64,000 bases of DNA, from contig NC_090339.1 of the NCBI RefSeq assembly GCF_035084215.1, forward strand, positions 11,470,001-11,534,000, given 5' to 3'. The position numbers and the translations under genes are program-made. Below, in pieces: positions 25,028 to 37,582 of this stretch (position 1 is the first letter of the stretch; the number at the start of each line of letters is the position of its first letter). The stretch is from Heptranchias perlo. Its lineage: Eukaryota. The notes under the pieces were generated by a model. The model was not told the DNA's origin. It ran no database searches and saw only the letters and a list, made by a program, of their open reading frames with translations.

Positions 25028-25659
25028 TGTTGAGGGAGAGAAAAACCGTGAAGACTGATATGGTTGAACAGCCACCCAACTAAAGACAAGTCAAGAAATG
25101 TCCTTGCCTAGCAATTTACTTCCTATTGTACAGATGCAAATTGGGTATTACTCAAAGTCTGGGAAAAATATACATAAGATAATTAGTTTTGAACTTGCTA
25201 CTTGATGAACGACATACGGAGACAGTCAGCCTAGGAAACAAAGGTCAGTCAAATACAGGTGAGTCACACGTCACTCTAAACAGGACACAGTAATCTGTGC
25301 AAGGTCAAGTTTGACGGGAGAAAACTCACATGTAATTGAGGTGAACAAAGACAGAGCAATCTTTGTGTGGGAAATGGCTGTTCCAAAGCCAGTTGGTTTT
25401 AAGTGGTGTTTGAGAGGCAGACAAAGATATCCAGTCTATGTGTATTAGGTGAGTTTCGCTGAGCATGTACAAGGTATGAGCAAAGGTAGGATAAAGGGAC
25501 CACACTTTGGCTGTTAGGGGGTACTGTCTGAAGAGCTCGTGCCTAGGCTTGACTGTATCCTGCTTATTGCACTGTAACATTGAAATAAAGACAAGTCAAG
25601 AAACAAGGACCGAATCTGCCTGTCATTTTACCCGACGGATTTAACTTCATTTAACTTCA
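25028..25659 (+). repeat. Uninterrupted 3' LTR (about 630 bp)
   Basis: Collinear with the three joined 5' LTR pieces; TGTTGAG...TTAACTTCA. Confidence 0.9.
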
Positions 25660-25980
25660 TAGTGTAGTGGTTATGTTACTGAATTAATAATCCAGAGACA
25701 TGGACTAATAATCCAGAGAACGTGAGTTCAAATCCCACCATGGAATTTGAATTCTGTTCAAAAAAATCCAAAAATAATAAGCTGGTATCAGTAAAAGTGA
25801 CCGTGAAGGTGTTGGCTTGTCATAAAAACCCAACTGGTTCACTAATGTCCTTTCGGGAAAGAAACCTGTCATCCTTACCCAGTCTAGCCCACATGGCTCT
25901 GGCCACAATCTTCCAATCCTCCTTGGATATGGGCATTGTGCAGGAGGACTGGAGGATTGCAAATGTTACATCCCTGTTCA

Positions 25981-26499
25981 CCACGATGGAATACTTTCCA
26001 CTTGCCTGGATGAATGCAACTCCAACAACACTCAAGAAGCTCAACACCATCCAGGACAAAGCAGCCCGCTTGATTGGCACCCCATCCACCACCCTAAACA
26101 TTCACTCCCTTCATCACCGGCGCACAGTGGTTGCAGTGTGTACCATCCACAGGATGCACTGCAGCAACTCGCCAAGGCTTCTTCGACAGCACCTCCCAAA
26201 CCCACAACCTCTACCACCTAGAAGGACAAGAGCAGCAGGAACATGGGAACAACTCCACCTGCACGTTCCCCTCCAAGTCACACACCATCATGACTTGGAA
26301 ATATATCGCCGTTCCTTCATCGTCGCTGGGTCAAAATCCTGGAACTCCCTTCCTAACAGCACTGTGGGAGAACCTTCACCACACGGACTGCAGCGGTTCA
26401 AGAAGGCGGCTCACCACCACCTTCTCAAGGGCAATTAGGGATGGGCAATAAATGCCGGCCTCGCCAGCGACACCCACATCCCATGAACGAATAAAAAAA
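25981..26499 (+). mobile_element. 3' fragment of the Zenon-like LINE
   Basis: MEYFPLAW...HHHLLKGN*, A-rich tail; reverse complement of about 15507-16000. Confidence 0.9.
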
Positions 26500-27331
26500 T
26501 GGGGACAGGGTTAAACAATTAAAGGCCTAACGTCAGTGGTGGAGAAACTTTTAGAGACAGTAATCTGGGACAAAATTAATTGGCACTTGGAAAAGTGTGA
26601 GCTAATAAATGAAAGTCAGCATGGATTTGTTAAAGGAAAATCATGTTTGACTAACTTGATTGAGTTCTTTGATGAAGTAACGGAGAGGGTTGATGAGGGT
26701 AGTGTGGTTGATGTGTGTATGGACTTTCAAAAGGCAGTTGATAAAGTGCCACATAATAGATTTGTTAGCAAAATGAAAGCCCATGGGATTAAAGGGATAG
26801 TGGCAGTGTGGATACAAAATTGGCTTAGGGACAGAAAGCAGAGAGTAGTGGTGAATGGTTGTTTTTCAGACTAAAGAAAAGTATATGGTGTTTCCCCAGG
26901 GGTCAGTATTAGGACCATTGCTTCTTTTTGATATATATTAATGACCTGGACTTGAGTATAGAGGGTATAATTTCAAAGTTTTCAGATGCCACGAAACTCG
27001 GAAATGTAATAAACAATGTGGAGGATAGTAACAGATTTCAGGAGGACATAGACAGACTGGTGAAATGGGCAGGCACATGGCAGATGAAATTTAATGCATA
27101 GAAGTGTGAAGTGATGCATTTTGGTAGGAAGAATGAGGAGAGGCAATCTAAACTAAATGGTACAATTTTAAAGGTGGTGCAGGAACAGAGACACCTGGGA
27201 TGCACACACACAAATCTTTGAAGGTGGCAGGATCAGTTGAGAAGGCTGTTAAAAAAACATATTGAATCCTTGGTTTTATTAATAGAGGTATAGAGTACAA
27301 AAGCAAGGAAGTTATGCTAAACCTTTACAAA

Positions 27332-27899
27332 CATAAGAACATAAGAAATAGGAGCAGGAGTAGGCCAATCGGCCCCTCGAGCCTGCTCCGCCATTCAATA
27401 AGATCATGGCTGATCTGATCCTAACCTCAAATCTAAATTCATGTCCAATTTCCTGCCCGCTCCCCGTTACCCCTAATTCCCTTTACTTCTAGGAAACTGT
27501 CTATTTCTGTTTTAAATTTATTTAATGATGTAGCTTCCACAGCTTCCTGGGGCAGCAAATTCCACAGACCTACTACCCTCTGAGTGAAGAAGTTTCTCCT
27601 CATCTCAGTTTTGAAAGAGCAGCCCCTTATTCTAAGATTATGCCCCCTAGTTCTAGTTTCACCCATCCTTGGGAACATCCTTACCGCATCCACCCGATCA
27701 AGTCCCTTCACAATCTTATATGTTTCAATAAGATCGCCTCTCATTCTTCTGAACTCCAATGAGTAGAGTCCCAATCTACTCAACCTCTCCTCATATGTCC
27801 ACCCCCTCATCCCCGGGATTAACCGAGTGAACCTTCTTTGTACTGCCTCGAGAGCAAGTATGTCTTTTCTTAAGTATGGACACCAAAACTGTGCACTTG
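27332..27899 (-). mobile_element. CR1 (HER1-like) 3' fragment
   Basis: ORF 27439-27810; (CATAAGAA)n tail; AAACA at both ends. Confidence 0.92.
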
Positions 27900-29214
27900 A
27901 AACACTGGTTAGGCCTCAGCTGGAATATTGTGTTCAATTCTGGGCACCACACTTTAGGGAGGATGTCAAGGCCTTACAGAGGGTGCAGAAGAGATTTACT
28001 AGAATGGTACCAGGGATGAGGGACATTAGTTATGTGGAGAGACTGGAGAAGCTGGGATTGTTCTTCTTCGAACAGAGAAGGTTAAGGGGAGATTTGATAG
28101 AGGTGTTCAAAATCATGAACAGTTTTGATAGAGTAAATAAGGAGAAACTGTTTCTAGTGACAGAAGGGTCGGTAACCAGAGGACACAGATATAAGGTGAT
28201 CAGCAAAAGAGCCAGAGGCGACATGAGGAAACATTTTTTTACACAGCGAGTTGTAATGATCTGGAATGCACTGCCTGAAAGGATGGTGGAAGCAGATTCA
28301 ATAGTAACTTTCTGAAGGGAATTGTATAAATACTTGAAGGGAAAAAGTTTACAGGACTATGGGGAAACGCAGGAGAATGGCACTAATTGGATAGCTCTTT
28401 CAAAGAGCTGGCACAGGCATGATGGGCTGAATGGCCTCCTCCTGTGCTGCACCTACTATGAAAGTATGATGTGACACCAGTCCCACACCAATGTGGTTAA
28501 ATCTTAACTGCCTTCTGAAAAGGCCCAGCCAAGCCATTCAGTGTATAAAGTCAGGGCAATTAGGGATGGGCAATGCTGGCCTTACCAATGACACTGACCA
28601 CTCGAGAATTAATTTTTAAAAATTACATTTAGCCTCTGTTGCTATGCCGTCTAATATAAAATGCCCAAAAGTTGCCATTTATGTGCTTAAGTTATAGCTT
28701 CATGCATAGTGCAATAATCATCTCTATCCATCTACCGTTAGCACCTGCCTTTGATAAAACCCGTCTGGTCATTGCTTATGGCTTTAGTTAATATTTCATA
28801 GTGAACTTTATGCAAGGTGACATCAGACTTCCTGAAGTTACACTGGAAAGCCCCATGAGATGTTGTAATGTGACAGTCCCTGTTACAGTTTGATATGATG
28901 TCTGCCCCCAGCTGTTCTCAGTCATTGTCATGGAACATTTTGTGCTTTGTATCGCTGGCACTTCACTCCTGCTTTTATTGAGAGCAGCCTCCCCATCTCC
29001 TGAAATAGTCAGACCTCCCCAATGGGTTTGTGGAGCCCATGCCACTCAGGCACTTTGCTGCCCTCTCCCCTCCCACAAGTGTACTTCCCCTCCCCCTCAC
29101 TGAGCTATTTTATTAATCCTTCTATTAAGGTGGCTCCAACTTCCCCACACTGAGGAATTTTCCTCCCCCCAACTGAGGTACCTTTCCTACTGACCTCCAC
29201 TAAGATAGTTTCCT

Positions 29215-29770
29215 CCTGTCCCCTCACCCTCCTCCCTCTCCCCTCACCACCTCATCCCCTCCCCATTACTCCTCCTTTCAATCTCCTCCTCCCGTCTCAT
29301 CCTTCTCTCACCCTCCTCCCTCTCCCCTCACCACCTCGTCCCCTCCCACCCGGACCCTCACCCTCCCCATTACTCCTTTCGATCTCCTCCTCCCGTCTCA
29401 TCCTTCTCTCACCCTCTTCCCTCTCCCCTCACCACCTCATCCCCTCCCACCCACACCCTCACCCTCCCCATTACTCCTCCTTTCCGACTCCTCCTCCCGT
29501 CTCATCCTTCTCTCACCCTCTTCCCTCTCCCCTCACCACCTCAGCCCCTCCCACCCACACCCTCACCCTCCCCATTACTCCTCCTTTCCGACTCCTCCTC
29601 CCATCTCATCCTTCTCGCACCCTCTTCCCTCTCCCCTCACCACCTCAGCCCCTCCCACCCGCACACTCACCCTCCCCATTACCCCTCCTTTCGATCTCCT
29701 CCTCCCGTCTCATCCTTCTCTCACCCTCTTCCCTCTCCCCTCACCACCTCATCCCCTCCCATCCTCACCC
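29215..29770. repeat. Pyrimidine-rich minisatellite, unit about 102-104 bp, about 5 copies
   Basis: CCCTCCCCATTAC recurs near 29257, 29361, 29462, 29566 and 29670. Confidence 0.85.
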
Positions 29771-30189
29771 TCATCCTTCCCTTCCCTCCTCCTACCAGTC
29801 ACCTCCTTCCCCTTCCCCCTTCCTTCCCTCCTTCATTCCCTTCCCTCTTCCTGCTCCATCCTTGCCTCATCCCCCTTCCTCCACCTTTTCTCACCCCCTT
29901 CCGTTTCCCTCCTTCCCTTCCTCTGCCTTGATCCAATTGCCCCTCTCTTTCTCCCAGCACTTGTTCTTGATTGTCCATCAGCAACGCCATGGGAGATCAA
30001 CTAGTTTGAGAAGAAAATGTTCCCTTTGTTTTATTTACATACACACAAAAACATTAAAAATACGCTGGTGTTGGGGATATAGTCTTGCCACTCGCACTTG
30101 TTACTTCCATTGACAATAATATTTACAGTGCATTGTCACTGCTTCTTCGTTCTGCTCCATTGTTTTTCACCAGAGAATAGGGAGTATGG

Positions 30190-30826
30190 CGGAGGGGGTA
30201 GAGGGTGGGTTAACATCACCACAGCGCCTTTACATCCACGTTCATGTTGCACTCCCGCCGGCTGCCATTTTTACTCCCGGGTTTCGGGAGGCGTGCGAGG
30301 CCTCATCAATATTCGATGGTTGAGGTCAGGCGATTTTAACCCCAAGCTGCATGAGTCACCGGCCGAGCTGGGGGAAATAGCCACGAATTGGAACCAGGGC
30401 CAGAAGAGGCCGGGTAAGTGATGTCTCTAATTTCTTTAAGGTTTCCGTGTGGAGATCGGGAGGAGCAGGAGTGCTTGTCCGGGCCCCACAAGGAACCTAT
30501 GGGCCTCCCCTGCCTCAGGCTTCACTTCCCCCCACCCCCCACCGCCCGCCCCCCAGCACTTACCTTGCCCAGGACCACTTCATCGGGTCCCTGGCAGCGG
30601 CCTATTGCTGTCCAATTTCCCGTTCGTTCTGTCTTTCCCACCAGCTTTGGGCGGGAGCCTTATTCAAAAATTTAAAATGAGGCCTAGGAGACAAAGTGGT
30701 CTGTGCCTCACACCAGTGCGGCCATCTTGCTTACCGTCCCCCTCCCCCCCGTCCAGTCCCCCTCCCCTCCCGTCCAGTCCCCCTCCCCTCACACTCCGCA
30801 CTCGTGGCCCAAATTAAATCAGGGCC
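30190..30826. mobile_element. GC-rich Harbinger-type MITE remnant
   Basis: GGAGGAGCAGGAGTGC...CCCACAAGGAA motif shared with 8660-8710 and 50025-50070; right end TTAAATCAGGGCC. Confidence 0.55.
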
Positions 30827-30949
30827 TTAGTATTTAGTATTAATGTGAGTGTCACCTCAACGAGATGCATTATCTCACTCCTAATGTACAATATGTCACA
30901 AAGAGTCATGGTGCTGCTTCAGTCTTTTGAAAGGGAACATGACAAATCC

Positions 30950-31093
30950 AGGGAATTAGATATATACTTAAACAGGAACAATTTGCAGGGCTATGGGGAA
31001 AGAGCAGGGGGGTGGGACGAATTGGATAGCTCTTTCAAAGAGCCGGCACAGGCATGATGGGCCGAATAGCCAGTTGCAGTGCTGTATGATTCT
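30950..31093 (+). mobile_element. CR1 3' tail fragment
   Basis: TTTGCAGGGCTATGGGGAAAGAGCAGGGG...GATGGGCCGAAT. Confidence 0.85.
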
Positions 31094-31814
31094 AGGAAGA
31101 GGATATTTCCCATAATAGGGGGTAAGCTGCTAGTTAGTCGAGTTTGCAATGGGTCACGAGCAATCGTAGTCTCGGGAGCTTTGCTTGATCACCTTAGGGA
31201 GTCAGGGAGGAATTCGCCAGAGTTTTTCCTGAATTGTCCGCAGATCTTCTTTCCATCTCTTTTTTTTTGCCTCTCTCAGGAAATAATTCTGCGAGGATGG
31301 ACAGAGTGTAGGGTTGCACCATTGACTGGTTGGGGCATGGCTATTTGAGCCTGATGGGGATTTTCATTCTCTTCACTTCTTCTCATATGTTCGGAAAAAG
31401 GTGGGTTTAAAGCAAATAAGTCGACGGAAAATCAGAATTTCTCACCCATCGGCTTGTGATATAAATTTGTCAGCGGTGAAATGACCATGCCAACCTTCAA
31501 TTGGGACCCACAGTGTGTAAAGTTATGAGCCCAGGTGGTTAATTTGTAAAATTGATGCTCTACCTGTAGTTTTACTTGAAGCTCGTTACTTTTGACTTCT
31601 TCGTTCAATTGAGATTGTCCATATTTGTTTAGGGTTCCTAAATTCAGAATCTGCATTCTCATTCTAAAGTAAGAATGTGCAACACACTGCTCCAGAAAGC
31701 CATCAATGCCAATGCTGTTGGAATGCTTAGAAGGGTGACAGACACTTACTTGGTAAGTAAGAGCATGCCGGTTTAGTGTTGGGGGGTGGTGACACTGAGA
31801 TCCGGTGCTCCCAG

Positions 31815-33730
31815 CGGGGAGCGGTACTCACAGGGGGGAGTGGTACTCACAGTGGGGAGTGGTACTCACGGGGGGGAGTGGTACGCATGGGAGGAGTGGT
31901 ACTCACAGTGGGGAGTGGTACTCACAGGGGGGAGTGGTATGCATGGGAGGAGTGGTACTCACAAGAGGGAGCGGTACTCACAGTGGGGAGTGGTACTCAC
32001 GGGGGGATGGTACTCACGGGGGGGGTGGTACTCACAGGGGGGATGGTACTCACAAGAGGGAGTGGTTCTCACAGGGGGGAGTGGTACTCAGTGGGGAGTG
32101 GTACTCACGGGGGGATGGTACTCACAATGGGGAGTGGTACTCACGAGAGTGACTGGTACACACAGGGGGAGCGGTACTCACAGGGGGGGTGGTACTCACA
32201 GGGGGGACGGTACTCACAATGGGGAGTGGTTCTCACGGGGGGAGCGGTACTCACGAGAGAGAGTGGTACTCACGAGAGGGAGTGGTACTCACGAGAGGGA
32301 GCGGTACTCACAGGGGGGAGCGGTACTCACAGGGGGGAGTGGTACTCACAGTGGGTAGTGGTGCTCACGGGAGGGAGAGGTACGCACAATGGGAGGGGTA
32401 CTGACAGGGGGGAGTGGTACTCACGGAGGGAGCGGTACTCATGGTGGGGAATGGTATTAACGGAGGGAGCGGTACTCACAGGGGGGAGCGGTACTCACGG
32501 AGGGAGCGGTACTCATGGTGGGGAATGGTACTCATAGGGGGAAGTGGTACTCACAGGGGTGAGTGGTACGCATGGGAGGGAGCGGTACTCACAGTGGGGA
32601 ATGGTACTCATGGTGGGGAATGGTACTCACAGGGGGGAGCGGTACTCATGGTGGGGAATGGTACTCACAGTGGGGAGCAGTACTCACGGTGGGGAATGGT
32701 ACTCACAGTGGGGAGCGGTACTCACGGTGGGGAATGGTACTCACGGTGGGGAATGGTACTTATGGTGGGGAATGGTACTTATGGTGGGGAATGGTACTCA
32801 CGGTGGGGAATGGTACTTATGGTGGGGAATGGTACTCACGGTGGGGAATGGTACTCACAGTGGGGAATGGTACTCACGGTGGGGAATGGTACTTATGGTG
32901 GGGAATGGTACTCACGGTGGGGAATGGTACTTATGGTGGGGAATGGTACTCACGGTGGGGAATGGTACTTATGGTGGGGAATGGTACTTATGGTGGGGAG
33001 CGGTACTTATGGTGGGGAATGGTACTCACGGTGGGGAATGGTACTTATGGTGGGGAATGGTACTCACAGTGGGGAATGGTACTCACGGTGGGGAATGGTA
33101 CTTATGGTGGGGAATGGTACTCACGGTGGGGAATGGTACTTATGGTGGGGAGTGGTACTCACGGTGGGGAGCGGTACTCACAGTGGGGAGTGGTACTTAT
33201 GGTGGGGAGCGGTACTCACGGTGGGGAATGGTACTTATGGTGGGGAGCGGTACTCACGGTGGGGAATGGTACTTATGGTGGGGAGTGGTACTCACGGTGG
33301 GGAATGGTACTTATGGTGGGGAGTGGTACTCACGGTGGGGAACGGTACTCACAGTGGGGAGTGGTACTGATGGTGGGGAATGGTACTTATGGTGGGGAAT
33401 GGTACTCACAGTGGGGAATGGTACTGATGGTGGGGAATGGTACTTATGGTGGGGAATGGTACTCACAGTGGGGAATGGTACTGATGGTGGGGAATGGTAC
33501 TTATGGTGGGGAATGGTACTCACATTGGGGAATGGTACTTATGGTGGGGAGCGGTACTCACGGTGGGGAGCGGTACTCACGGAGGGAGCGGTACTCACGG
33601 TGGGGAATGGTACTCAGAGTGGGGAGTGGTACTCACGGAGGGAGCGGTACTCACGGTGGGGAGCGGTACTCACGGAGGGAGCGGTACTCACGGTGGGGAG
33701 TGGTACTCACATTGGGGAGTGGTACTGACA
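31815..33730. repeat. G-rich 19-bp minisatellite (GGTACTCACGGTGGGGAAT and variants), about 100 units
   Basis: Direct inspection; more variable units on the left, homogeneous in the centre. Confidence 0.95.
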
Positions 33731-33734
33731 GCAG

Positions 33735-33954
<220 letters not shown>

Positions 33955-35689
33955 TGCTGTGATAAATCATACTTTTTTTCTTAGTGAAACTTCAGGCGCA
34001 ATGATGCTAAACTGTGCATGTGTGAACTGCATCAATGCTGGGAGCTGTAATGATAATATTAGCACACAATTTGCTGCCACAGTGATACTAAATTATTTGT
34101 TTTGGAACATTAAAGATAATGTTTGTAAATATTGATACAAATGTGGAGTTAGTTGATATTTGGCATTGTTCATTCAGGCCCTTTGAGCTGAATTAAGAAA
34201 TTATAACCATACATCAAGAAAATGCTGTAAGAACAAACATGATCTGTCTATTGTTAAGCTTGGAGGGGGGGCAAATTGTCCCTTGCAAAATACTGTAACA
34301 ATATGAGGAAATCCTAGTGATCGGTGTTTTCATGGAAAAACGTACAGAATGGCGGAATACAATTCCCAAAACAATGACGAAAATCCCATAAAGTCCCGTA
34401 ATTCTGGGCAACAAAAATGGAATTTGACTTATTAGGGTAGGAATTCCGAGCGGATTAACACCTCCGTAAAATAGCACCTACAGGAATATAGTAGGAGCAC
34501 GTAGGGCATTTGTACATGAGGTTTGCTACAGATGAATCATTGGGCTTTATTATAAATTGTGCAATGTGATCCTGAAACTCTTGGAAAAACCCTGCAAAAT
34601 CCCCTAATCTCATTTAATAAAAAAGTGAATTTGATTTATTCAGTCACTGTGAACCAGTGGCCTGGATTATCAAGAGATTGGCCTGGAAATCCATTCACAC
34701 CAATGGGCCGGTGTGAAGTGGGTGAGGGGAACGATCCCTGCTCCGACCTTGCGGACGAAATTTGAAAATCGTCCCCTTTCACTCTCGAACATTCCTCCCG
34801 CCTCCACCTCCCCCTTCACCACCGCCCCCACCCTGAGACTCGTCAAGTGCTCTTTTTATATGACTTCAAATGATGGTTTTGATCTGCTGAATTTCATGCG
34901 AAGTTCTAGCACAAATGTGTGCCACTGCCTTCAGCTGACCGTGAGTGATAAGCAGTCCGTCACTGTTAGATAAGGAATCCTTTTTGATCATTATGATCAA
35001 ACGGGTCAGAATTATCTCAGGTTGAATTAGACCAAGCTTAGACTAGCTGTGTCTCTTCACTTCCCCTTTTAAAGTCTTTGACTTATTTCACTTGTTACAT
35101 GAATATTAAACAACTCCCCATGATGACTGGACTTCCTTGAAAACTCCAACTGCTGATTCACCATTGCTTCCATTCAATGATTTCCTTTCAATGCAGTATT
35201 ACAAATCTGAACATTTTGAAGTTGCTTCAATGGGAGAACTGACGATATTTTATCAATGCAATTAAAGTATTTTTTAATTCCGCTCAAATCGATATGCGTT
35301 GTGTTAAATGCTATCAAATCAATGTTTACGGCATTGTTGTCCAATAGAAATTGTTGACTAGCCACAGGTGTGACTGCATCGACACCATTTTTGCTAGATG
35401 CACTAATTTTAGTAGAAAATGCTTTACATACAGTACAGGTAAATGGGCTTCACATGTGAAAATTTACTGAACAAACATCTCCCAACATGCAGTAACCAAG
35501 GAAGTAAAGCACTCACAATGATCTAAAGACACTCGCACACTCTGCTTTTCATCTTAACATTTTAACAACATACGCACATATGCTGAGCTATATTGTACCG
35601 ACAATATACATCAACATAAAGCCAATTTTGTTTGGTACATGAATAAACAGAGTCTGTATTTTGAAAGCTACAAATCCCACAGTAAGTCT

Positions 35690-36590
35690 CAATGACCTGA
35701 CGGCCTTGTCTTGCTCCACCAACACTAGTTCCCTGTCCTCCTATACAATGAATTTAAAATCCTGCCCTCGTCTCCAAATCCTTCCTTGTTCTTGCCCCAC
35801 CCTATCTCTCCAAATTCCTCCAGCCTCATATTCCTTCCTGCATCTCTGATTCTGGGATCTTGCACATCCCCCCTCTCCTCTTTGTATCAGCCGTGGCATA
35901 GGGGTAGCACTCTTTGCCTCTGAATTAGAAAGTTGTGGGTTTAAGTCCCACTCCAGGGACTTGAGCACACAATCTCGGTTGACACTTCAATGCTGTACTG
36001 AGGGAATGCTGTCAGAGGTGCCAGCTTTCAGATGAGACATTAAACCTAGGCCTCATTTACCCTCTCAGGTGGATGTAAGGGATCCCATGGCATTATTTCG
36101 AAGAACAGCAGGGAAGGTGTCCTGGTCGATTTATACCTCAACCCACATCACTAAAACAGATTATCTGGTCATTATCACACTGCCATTTGTGAGGCCTTGC
36201 TGTGCGCAAATTGGCTGCTTCATTTTCTACATTACAAGAGTGATTACGCTTCAGAAGTACTTCTTTGACTGTAAAGTACTTTGGGATGTCCTGAGGTGGT
36301 GAAAAGCACTGTATAAATACAAGTCTTTCTTTCCTTATCCCACCATTGGTGCCAGAATAGCCAGCTGCCTCATCCTTGCCCCTCTCTTTGGCACTCTGAC
36401 CCTAAACCCTTCCACCTCTCCACATCTTTCTCCATCTTCTCAAAACCCATCCTTTTGACCAAGCATTCAGTCATCTCTCCTAACTCTCCCACCATGGCTC
36501 AATATCCACTTCATTTTTCATTTTTTCTCCTCCTCATAGTAAAGCACCTTCAACATTAAAGGTGTTATATAAATGCAAGTTATTGTTGCG
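35690..36590 (+). mobile_element. L2-like LINE 3' remnant split by a SINE
   Basis: TTTAAAATCC..., TTTTGACCAAGC, AAAGGTGTTATATAAATGCAAGTT tail; similar to 46555-46712. Confidence 0.6.
35900..36333 (+). mobile_element. Deu-domain SINE (SacSINE1/AmnSINE1-like), near full length
   Basis: tRNA-like head, CTCTCAGGTGGATGTAAGGGATCCCATGGCA core, TTGCTGTGCGCAAATTGGCTGC, TATAAATACAAGTCTTTC tail. Confidence 0.85.
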
Positions 36591-37582
36591 ATTGTAACTT
36601 TGATAACCCAACATTATTCTACAGTGATCAGTATTTCTGAACGTTATTTAAATATGATGTTATAAGTAGAATTGTCAGGTACTTTTTGTTTGACAGTTCT
36701 GTTGGATTGACGTTTTGTGGCAATGTTTCAATAAGTCTGGGATACAGCTTTGTTTCCTCCTTTAAATGTTCTTCTCTGTTGCTTGATGACTCACTGGTTG
36801 CAGAATGTAACTTTGGACGGAAGTCATGAGTCTGTTTTGAAAGCCTTAAATGTAAGATAAGCTTTCCTCCATCTGCTCCCCAGCAAGTGACCTGTTACCA
36901 TTAGTACAAATGTTGAAGGTTAAAAATGACTGTTAGTGAGAAGAGCAGATGAGCGTTTAACTTGCTCAGCTGCCATTTGCCTGCCCACAATTTTAATGCA
37001 GCTATTAACCTGTTTAAAATAATAGAGTTAACACCTCTGTTTAAATAGAAGACAGGGGAATTCCATATGAGCATTCAGCAATCATCCGATATTATCGCCA
37101 AAAGTAATTTCTAACACATTGATAATAACAGATATGGGTGAATTCCAGGTTTGGATTTGAATAGCAGAAGCACTGGTATATATATATAATGCTAGCTTAA
37201 ATGTCACAGCAACTGTTGTATGTGCAACACTAACTTGAATCTCACAGTGACTGGTGTATATATATAATGCTAGCTTAAATGTCACAGTGACTAGTGTACT
37301 TACAACCCTAGAAAGTGATTCCTACCTGTCACTCATACCTTTTCCGTGTCAAGAACATCCCATTCAACCACACTAACCAAATATTGATGTCATAGAGATC
37401 CTGCACAGTCCAGCTCTGTCAGGGCACACCCTTATCCACTTTTCACTACAAAATTCAATTGGAAGCAGTTTTCTGAGACATAGAAAAGCAAGTTGTCAAT
37501 CAGTACACCGAAGGTATATACTGGAATCAAACTTGTAATTATATAATCTGGCTAGGCCCATTTTGGCAGGCTTCACTCCATG

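Larger units (their letters stand above)
15382..25659 (+). mobile_element. Decayed non-autonomous LTR retroelement (Gypsy/ERV-like)
   Basis: Two TG...CA LTRs (5' LTR in pieces 15382-15506, 17732-18013, 21881-22118; 3' LTR 25028-25659); TSD-like TAATG/TAGTG; AATAAA near each LTR end. Confidence 0.85.
25894..28468 (+). mobile_element. CR1 LINE (same family as 4145-6383), interrupted twice
   Basis: [43 protein letters not shown]. Confidence 0.9.
25660..28610 (+). mobile_element. tRNA-derived SINE split into 25660-25893 and 28470-28610
   Basis: GTGTAGTGGTTA A-box, GAGTTCAAATCCC B-box; 3' piece ends AGGGCAATTAGGGATGGGCAA like the LINE at 15507-17731. Confidence 0.75.

Noticed and set aside
25665-25745. 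tRNA gene
   Set aside because: A and B boxes continue into a SINE body; no cloverleaf or terminator
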